Of a DNA stretch of 64,000 bases, positions 1 to 10,538 are shown piece after piece (the first letter of the stretch is position 1; each line of letters starts with the position of its first letter). The notes under the pieces are model-generated. The model saw only the letters and a program-made list of their open reading frames with translations, did no database searches and had not been told where the DNA came from. Made by a program: the position numbers and the translations under genes. The stretch lies in the NCBI GenBank assembly GCA_965153285.1, contig OZ229116.1, one strand, 5' to 3'. This stretch comes from Podarcis tiliguerta. Its lineage: Eukaryota.

Positions 1-1420
1 AGCTGCAATGTGGTACATTTCCATCTGCTCAGGATCTAAATGTGCTTGTTTACTGTATCTTGAGCCTCCCAATCATTATTAAACATTTTTAATGTTTTAC
101 TTGCTGCAGTGAGATGCAAATCAGGAATTGTTCTCTTGCATTGGAATTGGGACATAGTTATAGAAAATGCTGGTTCAGATCTGCACTTAGAAGTGCACTC
201 CTAACACACAACAGGCTTGGTGGAGCAGCCCAGCCACTGTCCTGCTGCTCCACTGGCCAAGGTGAAAGGTGGTGGGCATGAAAAATTCCCTTCACCATTT
301 CTGTTTTGGCCCAGCAAAGAAACCCAAATTAGGCCCATTTCTATCACATTACAGCAGCAGGACTTGCTCAGGATCCGGTGAACCCTGTTAAGACCTAGAT
401 CCACACCCCAAACAAAGCATCCCATTTTGAGTGTTTCCTTTGGCTGCCAAAAGCAAGGAATACCACTGGCAGTAGCTCCTACCCACTTGCTCCTGATCAG
501 TGGAGCACCCCTACTCATGGCAAAGCTGGTCAGGCAGGGCTGGTTGGAGGAACAAATCTGCTCTGTCCAAATCCATTCTAACACAGTGGATCAGGGGTAT
601 GATGACCCTTGGTGGGCTAATCAACCGAGCTTAGTCTACCTCACAAAAAATAAAGAAAAGTTGCTCTGAGATATTTGAAAGGAGAGCAGAATACAAAAAT
701 AAGAAAGAAATTATATCTGACTGCAGTTTGATTCCTTCTGATTATTAGATTAGACTTGTCTAGTATTCAGATTTACTTCAGCACAGTGATATTTCACTAT
801 CTAGTCTGTATTTGCTGTTTTTGTCATTTTTAAGACAGTCGCTCAACCTTACTTGAACATTTTTATTGTATGTGAATAATAGAGTATGCATTGGGGTTCA
901 ATAGGTGCAATGCTGTTAAATGTGCATCTTGGAAGATTTAAAAATGAGGGATTTATTTTGTCATTCATAAAGTTGTAATACAGTCTAGAGAAACTATTTG
1001 TTAAAAGATAGCATCTACTTAACCTGCTTATTTATTTCTTGTAGTAGAAGGTTAGATCCACAATAAATACACAAGGAAATAAGTAGATAGGGGAATTTAT
1101 CTTAGAAATAAGATCCCTGCCATGCTTTTGAAATGTGAAATGCATGAAGACCTGTCATAGAGATATACGGACATGATATTTTTTTACGGTGCATTTGGAA
1201 GTATTTAGCTATATTTGTCATTTTCTAGTGCCACCAAGCAATGATCAAGTGATATAGTAATTTGAAAGTCTGTTTTCAATTCAGTATGTGTGCACGCACA
1301 AGCACATCTGCACACACACACATACACACATCATTCTTGATCCTTTTATCTTCCTCCATTCCTTGTGTATGAAAATGGTTTTATTGGGAAATTTAGCAGT
1401 TGTTTAATGTAAGTGTAAAT

Positions 1421-1424
<4 letters not shown>

Positions 1425-1454
<30 letters not shown>
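1425..1454 (+). repeat. (TA)n microsatellite
   Basis: Direct reading. Confidence 0.95.
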
Positions 1455-1459
<5 letters not shown>

Positions 1460-1865
1460 AAAAATATAGTCAGATTGCATTATGCAAATGATGTGAATTG
1501 TTTGTTAATGCTTGTAAAGCAAACTGGAGAGCTGTACCAAACCTCTGTAGATATTTTTGTAAACAGCAACAACAACCTACAAACTAAATACAGGTTTGTT
1601 CTTCTCACTATATGAACATAATAGGATGATTTTATGTGCTTTCACTTAATAGCATCATTGAAGTCCACAAAACCTGAGTTGTCTTTTTTTGCCGACAGTC
1701 TTTATTCATTTGAACCTGTGGGTTCATAACCTTGATAGCCTGTGCTTTCTACAGAGTGTTTACCACCTGGGTCCAGGTTTCTGTTCATTGTTGGATCCAT
1801 ATTAGATTAGATTCAGACAAGACATTAAGAAGTAGCATTGATGTTCTGTTACACTACCTATATTA

Positions 1866-2216
1866 AAGGTAAAGGTACCCCTGCCCGTACGGGCCAGTCT
1901 TGACAGACTCTAGGGTTGTGCGCCCATCTCACTCAAAGAGGCCAAGGGCCAGCGCTGTCCGAAGACACTTCTGGGTCACGTGGCCAGCGTGACATCACTG
2001 CTCTGGCGAGACAGAGCCGCACATGGAAACGCCGTTTACCTTCCCGCTAGTAAGCGGTCCCTATTTATCTACTTGCACCCAGGGGTGCTTTCGAACTGCT
2101 AGGTTGGCAGGCGCTGGGACCAAACAGCGGGAGCGCACCCCGCCGCGGGGATTTGAACCACCGACCTTTCGATCGGCAAGCACTGAGGCTTTAACCCACA
2201 GCGCCACCCGCGTCCC
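1866..2216 (-). mobile_element. Sauria SINE, full length
   Basis: On the - strand: head GGGACGCGGGTGGCGCTGTGGGTTAAA, B-box-like GGTTCAAATCCC and tail (ACCTTT)n. 15-bp TSD acactacctatatta (1851-1865) / atactacctatatta (2217-2231), 1 mismatch. Confidence 0.93.
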
Positions 2217-2794
2217 ATACTACCTATATTAGGGGTGGGGAATACCCCTCTCTATCTGGTCTTCAGAACTCTTCCACAGTTACACCAGCCCTACTCCACT
2301 GGCTTGGATGGAGGATAGATAACGATGTCTGTATGTAAAACTGGTCTACTGTAAAAGTTAAAATTTGCTGCTCCACCCACTTTAGCCTATGGCCCCACCC
2401 AACACTGGGATGTGGCCCCTGGAAAGTTGCCCAGGAGAAATGTGATCCTTAGTATGGAAATAGAGTTCAAGATTCTGCCTGTTCCAATGTATACTATGCC
2501 CTAACTTATGGTGGCATCTGTATATGGTAGGAGGGAGTAAACCCTCTTAAACAGTGTAGTGCGGTTGTGGTCAAGGGGCATCTTCCAGACACATGTTATC
2601 TGGTCTTTTTTTATTGCAGCCTTACAGTCAAGCCTTTTGAATTCTAAGCTTATGTCACTAAGCAGAATAAGAAAAAAATAAAAGAAAGGGGGTGATTTTT
2701 ACAGCATGATGTTCTAGCCTTGCCAACCTTCTAGTTCCGTAAATGAACCCCAGAAATAAGTTTTCAGGAGCTGCCATGTTACAGTAGGTAATAC

Positions 2795-2900
2795 TAAAAG
2801 ACAGTGGTTGACCCAAGGTCACCCAGTGAGCTTTATGGTTAACTGGGGCTTTGAAACCTGGTCTCCCAGGTCCTGTTCCAGAACTATTAATAACTGCACC
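2795..2900 (-). mobile_element. MIR/CORE-like SINE fragment
   Basis: gacccaaggtcacccagtgag...gggctttgaaacctggtctcccagg resembles the antisense MIR core and B box. Similar fragments at about 14450-14600 and 37280-37440. Confidence 0.5.
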
Positions 2901-3759
2901 AAATTGATGTTCTCTAATACCAATAATAGACTAGTGTGATCTAATAGTAATCTGCGAAGACCAGAGTGAAAAGAAAGGTTTTTAGCATATGCCGGAAACA
3001 CAATCTTGTAGTGGTCTGACATATTTCGACACGGAGGAAGTTATAAAGAGGACAGGTGCCACCACATTAAAGACTCTGTTCTATGCAGAAGTAATATTAT
3101 ATTAGGTGATTCAGTTTTCAAGGTGTGGCTTCAGAGGAAAATTCTATGAGTGAACAGCCAATCCTTCCTTTTAAGCTTGAATTCAAGTGCCAAATTCAAG
3201 CTGCAGCTGTTCTTATCCATAGCCTCACTTTTCAGAGAAGTGGGGTCAGTGTCAACTGGGAATGTAACTATTCCAAACATGGCCTGAGCTTGAGAAAACT
3301 CCCTCTCTATAGATGGAACATTCAGCACTGTTGATGTTTTGGGGAAGAGTTGTTTGTTTTTTAAACCCACCTCTTTGCTATTGCAAACTGTAATCATTTA
3401 AGCTGGGATGAGGATGAGGGGATGAGGAACCTCAGGCTTGGAGACCAAATGTGACCATGCAGGCCTCCATACGGCCCTTTGATTCCTCACAAGGGCCACA
3501 TTCACACTGCATTTAAAGACTATGATATCTTTCCCCGAAGAATTCTGAAAGCTGTAGCCTTTGAAGAGTGCTGAGGACACCTCCACTCCCCTCACAGAAC
3601 TAACATTGTCAGAGTGGTTTTAACAGTCAAACTCTTCACAGGGAACTCTGGAAATTGTAGCTCTCTGAGAGGAATAGGAGCCTCCTAGCAAGTTTCAGCA
3701 CCCTTCACAAACTGTAGCCCCCAGAATTCATCGGAAGGAACCGCAACTGTTTAAATGTT

Positions 3760-3972
3760 CTTCTCCAGGGAAGTTCTCCTGGCGCCTTCATTACACACCT
3801 TTAGGTGACAAGCAAAAATATTCCTTTTTAACCAGGCCTTTGGTTGATCTTATTGACATCCAACACCCTTTTAGAATTGGGGGGGGGTATTGTTTTTGGT
3901 TTGATTTTCTATGTTGTGGTTTTGTTTGGGAACTGCCATGAGACCTCCGGGTATAGGGCAGTGTATAAGTTG
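3760..3972 (+). mobile_element. L2 LINE 3' end
   Basis: ctccagggaagttctcctggcgccttcatt...caggcctttggttga...gggtatagggcagtgtataag resembles lizard L2 3' termini; followed by a GAA tail. Confidence 0.65.
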
Positions 3973-4003
3973 AAGAAAGAAGAAGAAGAAGAAGAAGAAG
4001 AAG

Positions 4004-4032
<29 letters not shown>
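3972..4032 (+). repeat. (GAA)n microsatellite
   Basis: Direct reading; explains the poly-E and poly-L ORFs. Confidence 0.97.
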
Positions 4033-4034
<2 letters not shown>

Positions 4035-4817
4035 GGTAGGTTCTTTAAATGAGCCACAGTAGAGTTACCTAGAGCTACAATGTTCAGCGTTTCCTGCGAA
4101 GAGGGATTGATTCTTATACCACTCTCTGTACGGCCTCCTAACAACTCTCAGCTCTCAGCATCCTTAGGGAAAAGATGCCATAGTCTTTAAATGTATGGTG
4201 TGAATGTGGCTTAGCTGCCTCCCCATCCCAGGCCACACACTCCACTCACCAGCTCCATGACCTCCTTCCATGCTTTTGCCTTTCCGGAATGTGCCCTTGA
4301 ATCGTGATAATGCCTCTTGCTTACCTACATGGAGGCTACAGCGATGTGCACATGGGGTTGGTAGAATAGAAACGTGTTTTTGTCCCCCCCCCCCCCCCCC
4401 ATTTAGCACAGCTAAAATGTAGCCTAATGTCATATTCATTGACCTGTCCCTTTTTTCCTTCTAGGAGGGAATGAGGTTGAAAAAGTCCCCCCCCCCCTTT
4501 GATTTAAGCTATATAATGTTTCTGTTTTTAGCAAGCTTTTCACATTTAACCATGGAAATGCTGAAAAAAATAAAAAGTACTTCAAGTTAACCTGTGCAAA
4601 ATTTTTTTTCAATGAATGATAAATCCTTTGAAGATAGGGGTTTTTTTTGTTCCCTCCACCCCCTGTCTTCTTAACACATGTGGGTTTTTTTTAGTTTTGT
4701 AGTTTTGCTGCTGTTGTTGTTGTTTACTACGGTAACAGTGTTATTACAAGTAGTATTTCACCTCCACACTGCAGTAGCAGCAGCATGGCACAGAGTGGTG
4801 TGATTGTCTGAGTAGTT

Positions 4818-5061
4818 NNNNNNNNNNNNNNNNNNNNNNNNNNNNNNNNNNNNNNNNNNNNNNNNNNNNNNNNNNNNNNNNNNNNNNNNNNNNNNNNNNN
4901 NNNNNNNNNNNNNNNNNNNNNNNNNNNNNNNNNNNNNNNNNNNNNNNNNNNNNNNNNNNNNNNNNNNNNNNNNNNNNNNNNNNNNNNNNNNNNNNNNNNN
5001 NNNNNNNNNNNNNNNNNNNNNNNNNNNNNNNNNNNNNNNNNNNNNNNNNNNNNNNNNNNNN
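4818..5061. other. N-run (244 bp)
   Basis: Direct reading. Confidence 0.99.
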
Positions 5062-5198
5062 CATGAAAGTCTCTGCGTTTACCACACTTTGAGTTAAAAA
5101 ACATGCTTCTTTTGTCAGTTTTGGGGTTTGCGTGTGTGTGTATAAAGTTAACACCTGCTTTTCTTTTTCTCTCCCCCCCCCCTTTTTTTTTTACACAG

Positions 5199-5365
5199 GA
5201 AATTTACATGTCCCTTATGTGACAGAAGTTTTACAGAGAAGTGGGCATTGAACAATCATATGAAACTCCACACAGGAGAAAAGCCATACAAGTGCTCATG
5301 GCCTACATGCCATTATTCCTTCCTCACAGTATCGGCCATGAAAGACCACTATAGGACTCACACAG
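5199..5365 (+). CDS. ZNF407: ZNF407 internal coding exon (two C2H2 fingers), 167 bp, phase 2 in / phase 1 out
   Basis: Polypyrimidine tract and acceptor ...ttacacAG (5197-5198); donor GTttgg at 5366. Translates (g)KFTCPLCDRSFTEKWALNNHMKLHTGEKPYKCSWPTCHYSFLTVSAMKDHYRTHT(g), which I recognise as the ZNF407 C-terminal finger array. Confidence 0.96.
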
Positions 5366-6967
5366 GTTTGGCTCATGCTTTTCTTAACCTGATGCGGGCA
5401 CAAGGAAATGAAGGGGTGATGGTAGAGGGCTTGTTGCATTAGATTTTGTGCCTAGCAGTAAAATGGCTGCATTTAAGAAAGGCTCTAACTCTGAAACAAA
5501 TCCTTCTGTTTGCAACATCAGTTTTCTGTTCTGTGGTGATAGATGTTAGCATCCCAGGTGATGCTAACATTTAAATTGTTTTGGTATATTTATTATAAGC
5601 CACATAGAACAATTGTGAGCTTGCGCACAAAATGTAGTTAAGCAAACAAAAAGACCATGGTTGTGTGTGGCTTCAGAGATCCACCTGTTGCTTTTTATCG
5701 TATGAGAACTTCTAAATTTATCCTTTAATGTGAAAATGATCTAGGTGAAAAATAGTAACAGCCCACAGTTTATTGCTGCTCCAGGAAGTGTTTTGTGCTC
5801 ATTTTTAACATTCTTCAAATTTGCTTCCATGTTCTTTCCTTGATGAAGGAAGCTTCCTGCATATGTTTTTAATGCGATCACAATATCATGTGATAATGTG
5901 GTTGGAATTAATCAATATTTCAAATTTACTGAAGGCATTATGAAAAAAATGAAACAGATTCAAGCTTCTGGAAGTGCAAAGTAAAGTTTCACATCACCCG
6001 ACTATGTTGACTCAAAAAATCATGTTTCCTACTGATTTTTCTCAGTGGAATCATGCTTAGGCATAGATGTGTGTCAGATCTTAGAAAGAGGGCACCATGT
6101 AAACAAGTGTAGTTTTTGGAGCTATAGTAATGGCAGAAATTGCTGGAAAGCATATCCCCGTACTATTGGTTCATATAATTCATTTATTCATAGGATAACT
6201 TTTTGGCCTGTGGCAGAACGGCAGGATAAATATATTAATTGACTGACTGATTAAATAAATGAGCAAGAAAGCAAGTTGAGGAAAATTTACAGGAAGGAGG
6301 AAATGGCTACAAATATCCATGAGAACCAAGCCTAACTGAAGTATTGATATTTGATACCAAGCCGTTTCCAGCAGTACTGAGGAACAGCAATAATTTTGAA
6401 GGTGCATTGGCCACAGTTTAAATTCACACTGCATAAAATACCAGTTTTATTTAACACACAGTGAAAAGCTTTCTACAGCTGGAGGAAAACAATGTTAATA
6501 CCTGTACTTTTTGAGTTAAAAGTTGATGCAAGTTAAGCTTATTAGAACAAAGATTGCTGTGAAGGACTAGAAAGCTTTTAATAGTCAGCTGTTAACTACA
6601 AATAACATTATTATAGGAACTCTTCACATGCAGCCTGGTTCTTTAAGAATAATATTAAACTGTAGCATAGATTGTAACATCATGGGATGCCGAAAAGTGA
6701 GATTACTTTTTAGCTCCTTAGCAAAACAGTATATGTAAGTCTTGGTTAAAAATGTAAGAGATGTTCTTGTAAAAATGTAAAAAAAAAGCAATCTGGAAAT
6801 CAGAATTCTGTAGGCATTTCTTAGAAAGATGAAACAGTGTTCCATTAAATTAAAAAAAATATATATTCCTGAAAAGATCCTCCCCCCAGTTTTGCGAAAA
6901 TGAAATGAGTTGTTGCTAGAAATTATAGGTTAAAAGTTCTTCCAAGGCAGTTTGTAGGAAACCCAGG

Positions 6968-7291
6968 NNNNNNNNNNNNNNNNNNNNNNNNNNNNNNNNN
7001 NNNNNNNNNNNNNNNNNNNNNNNNNNNNNNNNNNNNNNNNNNNNNNNNNNNNNNNNNNNNNNNNNNNNNNNNNNNNNNNNNNNNNNNNNNNNNNNNNNNN
7101 NNNNNNNNNNNNNNNNNNNNNNNNNNNNNNNNNNNNNNNNNNNNNNNNNNNNNNNNNNNNNNNNNNNNNNNNNNNNNNNNNNNNNNNNNNNNNNNNNNNN
7201 NNNNNNNNNNNNNNNNNNNNNNNNNNNNNNNNNNNNNNNNNNNNNNNNNNNNNNNNNNNNNNNNNNNNNNNNNNNNNNNNNNNNNNNNNNN
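6968..7291. other. N-run (324 bp)
   Basis: Direct reading. Confidence 0.99.
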
Positions 7292-7870
7292 TTTCTATTA
7301 CATTCCTGTTATCATATAAACATGGCATGTTAGATCAGCCCTCTGTACCTGAAGTGATATATTGCCCCTTAGATCCTTCTCAAAGTTTAAAGGTTGTAAC
7401 TTCTGGATGAAGAATGAATTGTAAAATTGTTTAATGTAAGACTGAAATACCGAAATCATGTTCACAGTTACATGTCTTCCAGCATACCTAACTATGTGCG
7501 AGATTGCACCTAATAATTGTTCAGCCAGTCTACATGTCTGCACTCAAACAAAACAAAAACCTAATTAAATACATGGAAAACTGAAGTGTGAAGGATATAG
7601 GATGAGATAAACTCACTGCAACATTAAAATATGTCCCATCCCCAAAGTTACGGTACTTCTGTTCTTGTATGCCTAGAGGACAGTCCTAAATAAAGGCAAT
7701 ACGTTTTACCAGATTTGTGTAGTTTTAAAAAGTCATTCTCCATTATTCAATAAAGATAATTCCCACTGACTACTGTGGGAATACAGGATTTGGTGGTATA
7801 TAAAGAATTCAGTGGGTATTATAATAAGTCCAATTTTACATAGTAAGCATGTAGTGTTCTTGCATAGTTG

Positions 7871-8197
7871 GCCTAGGACTTGCCGATCGCATGGTTGGCG
7901 GTTCGAATCCCCGTGGCTGGGTGCGCCCCCGTCGTTCGGTCCCAGCGCCTGCCAACCTAGCAGTTCAAAAGCACCCCCGGGTGCAAGTAGATAAATAGGG
8001 ACCGCTTACCAGCGGGAAGGTAAACGGCGTTTCCATGTGCTGCGCTGGCTCACTAGATGCAGCTTGTCACGCTGGCCACGTGACCCGGAAGTGTTTGCGG
8101 ACAACGCTGGCTCCCGGCCTCTAGAGTGAGATGAGCGCACAACCCTAGAGTCTGGCAAGACTGGCCCGTATGGGCAGGGGTACCTTTACCTTTACCT
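7871..8197 (+). mobile_element. Sauria SINE, 5'-truncated
   Basis: Begins gcctaggacttgccgatc, contains GGTTCGAATCCC, ends ggtacctttacctttacct. Homologous to the copies at 1866 and 52745. Possible short TSD tagtt (7865-7869 / 8198-8202). Confidence 0.92.
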
Positions 8198-8720
8198 TAG
8201 TTCATATGTACTTGACAGCATGATATAAAGTGCTGTTTGTGTCCTTCATAAGCATAAAAACCTGCAGGCTTTAATGACATTCAGGTCTCCCCTGAAAGGT
8301 AAAATGCCATACAGTACATGATAGCTGATAACATCTCCCTGAATGTGATATGGCACAAGAGTGTTTGGATTAAGGCCAGTGTGTATTGACAAGGAAAATT
8401 GCCCTAAATACCTGGTTGCTATGGGTTGCTTCTAGATTTATGGCAAGAATACTTATTTTTCTGTTGCTAATGACTGTGTTGTTATGTTGCTCCATAACAC
8501 ACAAGTTTTACTGAGCCATACAAAATCACGTACAAGGTGTCCTTTTCTCAGACAAATCATATAATGTGGGGGTATATGTTACCAAATATTCATTTGAACT
8601 GTTTGGAACCTTTCAATTGCCAGATAGTTTCACATAGATGTATAGCTTGCCTCTTCAAGTTCACTGCATTGTTAATCTTTTGTTTGTTTTTTAGCATAAC
8701 AGCAGTTTAGGCTAGTTAGA

Positions 8721-8858
8721 CGGGGCTGGGGAACTTTAGAATCTACAGATGTTACTGGACTAAAGCACTCATGATTCCTAACCATTGGCTATGCTGACTC
8801 AGGCTGGTGGGAATTGGAATCTAATAACATATGGAAGGTCAGAGTTTCTGCAGCCTTG
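8721..8858. mobile_element. Short palindromic hAT-derived MITE
   Basis: cagatgttactggact ... gggaattggaatctaataacatatg core; same family. Confidence 0.6.
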
Positions 8859-10093
8859 ATCTATATGATACGTGTCAGTTTTGCCCAACTGCATCAACAC
8901 AACTAGATACCTTCATCTGTCCCAGCTGCAACAAAGCATGCCTCCTCCTTATTAGTGTCTACAGCCACAGCAGGCGCTGTAACTCTCCAACACTTTAACT
9001 TCAGCCCCAAATACACATTCTTCCAGTGTCTCCCAAGGGAGGCTATTGCCAGCAATTCAATGATTAGAGCTAGGTAGAGTGAGAGGTTAGCGTTTGCCAG
9101 GCCTGGGGACAGGAAGGTTAATGTTGTGGTGGCAGCATAATACTTAGCTGCCAGGGTGTCCAAGTCTAATCCTGGCTGCGTTATTCCATACCTCTTCAAG
9201 GTTTACATTGACTAATGAAGATTGCTGGTAGGGAGTCAGAAAATTAAAGCTGTTGCACAGAAGGCAGAAACTCATAATAAGGAACAGGAAGACAAACGTA
9301 AAACTAATAGTGACGGGAAAACAGGCCTCTAAACTTATATGGAGTAATTCCACTTCCTTGTGAGCTGGAAGTATAAAAGGGATGTTGCCATTTATTTGAA
9401 ATAGTTTCCCAGATTCTTTAATTCCCTTCCATTGGTACCAGGGTGGGAGGGTACAGTTTTTTCTCCAAATGAGCCAAATGACTCATTTGTGTGTTAAAGC
9501 TGTGTTATGATTTCTCTGGCTCTCTCCAAGGTTAGTATTATTATTCTGTAATACCCTTCTTGGTTGGTCTTGTGGGATGAATCTGCTTCACATGCCTGGG
9601 CTTTACTGACTAAAAATGCTATTGTGAAATGATATACTGCATTTATAAACTGCAGAAGGCAAATTTTTATCTGGAATAAAAATACTTTATAAGTGTACAT
9701 TTATACACTTTTAACAATTACCAACCCTGCCAAATCTATATTTTAATGGGTTCAGAGGCTTAGAATAAAGACATGTCGTTAAATATGAACAATGCAAGTA
9801 CTACTTCAATTTCTGAAGTAATTCCCAGACTTGTTTTTCTTCATTATGAAAGTTTTAGAAACATAAACAGCATTGAGCTCCTATTGGTACAGAATAACAG
9901 AGCTTTTTAAATTGTTGCCTATTTTCTTTTCTGGAAAATAATTTAATTTCCATAATTTACTGGGAGATTCTTGAGGAGCACTGTGATCAAGTCAGTTAAA
10001 ATTTGCTCAACATCTTTATTTTGTGGGTAAATCCAATATATTTTTATTTAAGCAGAACCATATATATACTGTATATTAACTTTTCTAGGCAGT

Positions 10094-10433
10094 NNNNNNN
10101 NNNNNNNNNNNNNNNNNNNNNNNNNNNNNNNNNNNNNNNNNNNNNNNNNNNNNNNNNNNNNNNNNNNNNNNNNNNNNNNNNNNNNNNNNNNNNNNNNNNN
10201 NNNNNNNNNNNNNNNNNNNNNNNNNNNNNNNNNNNNNNNNNNNNNNNNNNNNNNNNNNNNNNNNNNNNNNNNNNNNNNNNNNNNNNNNNNNNNNNNNNNN
10301 NNNNNNNNNNNNNNNNNNNNNNNNNNNNNNNNNNNNNNNNNNNNNNNNNNNNNNNNNNNNNNNNNNNNNNNNNNNNNNNNNNNNNNNNNNNNNNNNNNNN
10401 NNNNNNNNNNNNNNNNNNNNNNNNNNNNNNNNN
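10094..10433. other. N-run (340 bp), ending 21 bp before an exon
   Basis: Direct reading. Confidence 0.99.
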
Positions 10434-10454
10434 ATCTGTTTATTGTTGCAACAG

Positions 10455-10538
10455 GCGAGAAGTCTTTCCTATGTGACCTTTGTGGCTTTGCTGGCGGGAC
10501 ACGTCATGCCCTCACCAAGCATCGGAGGCAGCACACAG
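10455..10538 (+). CDS. ZNF407: ZNF407 internal coding exon (one C2H2 finger), 84 bp, phase 1/1
   Basis: Acceptor gcaacAG (10453-10454); donor GTcagt at 10539. Translates (G)EKSFLCDLCGFAGGTRHALTKHRRQHT(g), in frame with the previous exon (completes the HTGEK linker). Confidence 0.96.

Larger units (their letters stand above)
3495..4210. mobile_element. Palindromic (Harbinger-like) MITE carrying a nested L2 3' end and a (GAA)n tail
   Basis: About 30-bp inverted ends gccacattcacactgcatttaaagactatg / catagtctttaaatgtatggtgtgaatgtggc, interrupted at about 3758-4032. Confidence 0.65.

Noticed and set aside
3791-4144. Poly-Leu and poly-Glu ORFs (also 43072-43311)
   Set aside because: Translations of (GAA)n microsatellites.
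5248-5442. Stand-alone 64-aa zinc-finger ORF
   Set aside because: It is part of the spliced ZNF407 exon plus intron read-through, and starts at TTG.
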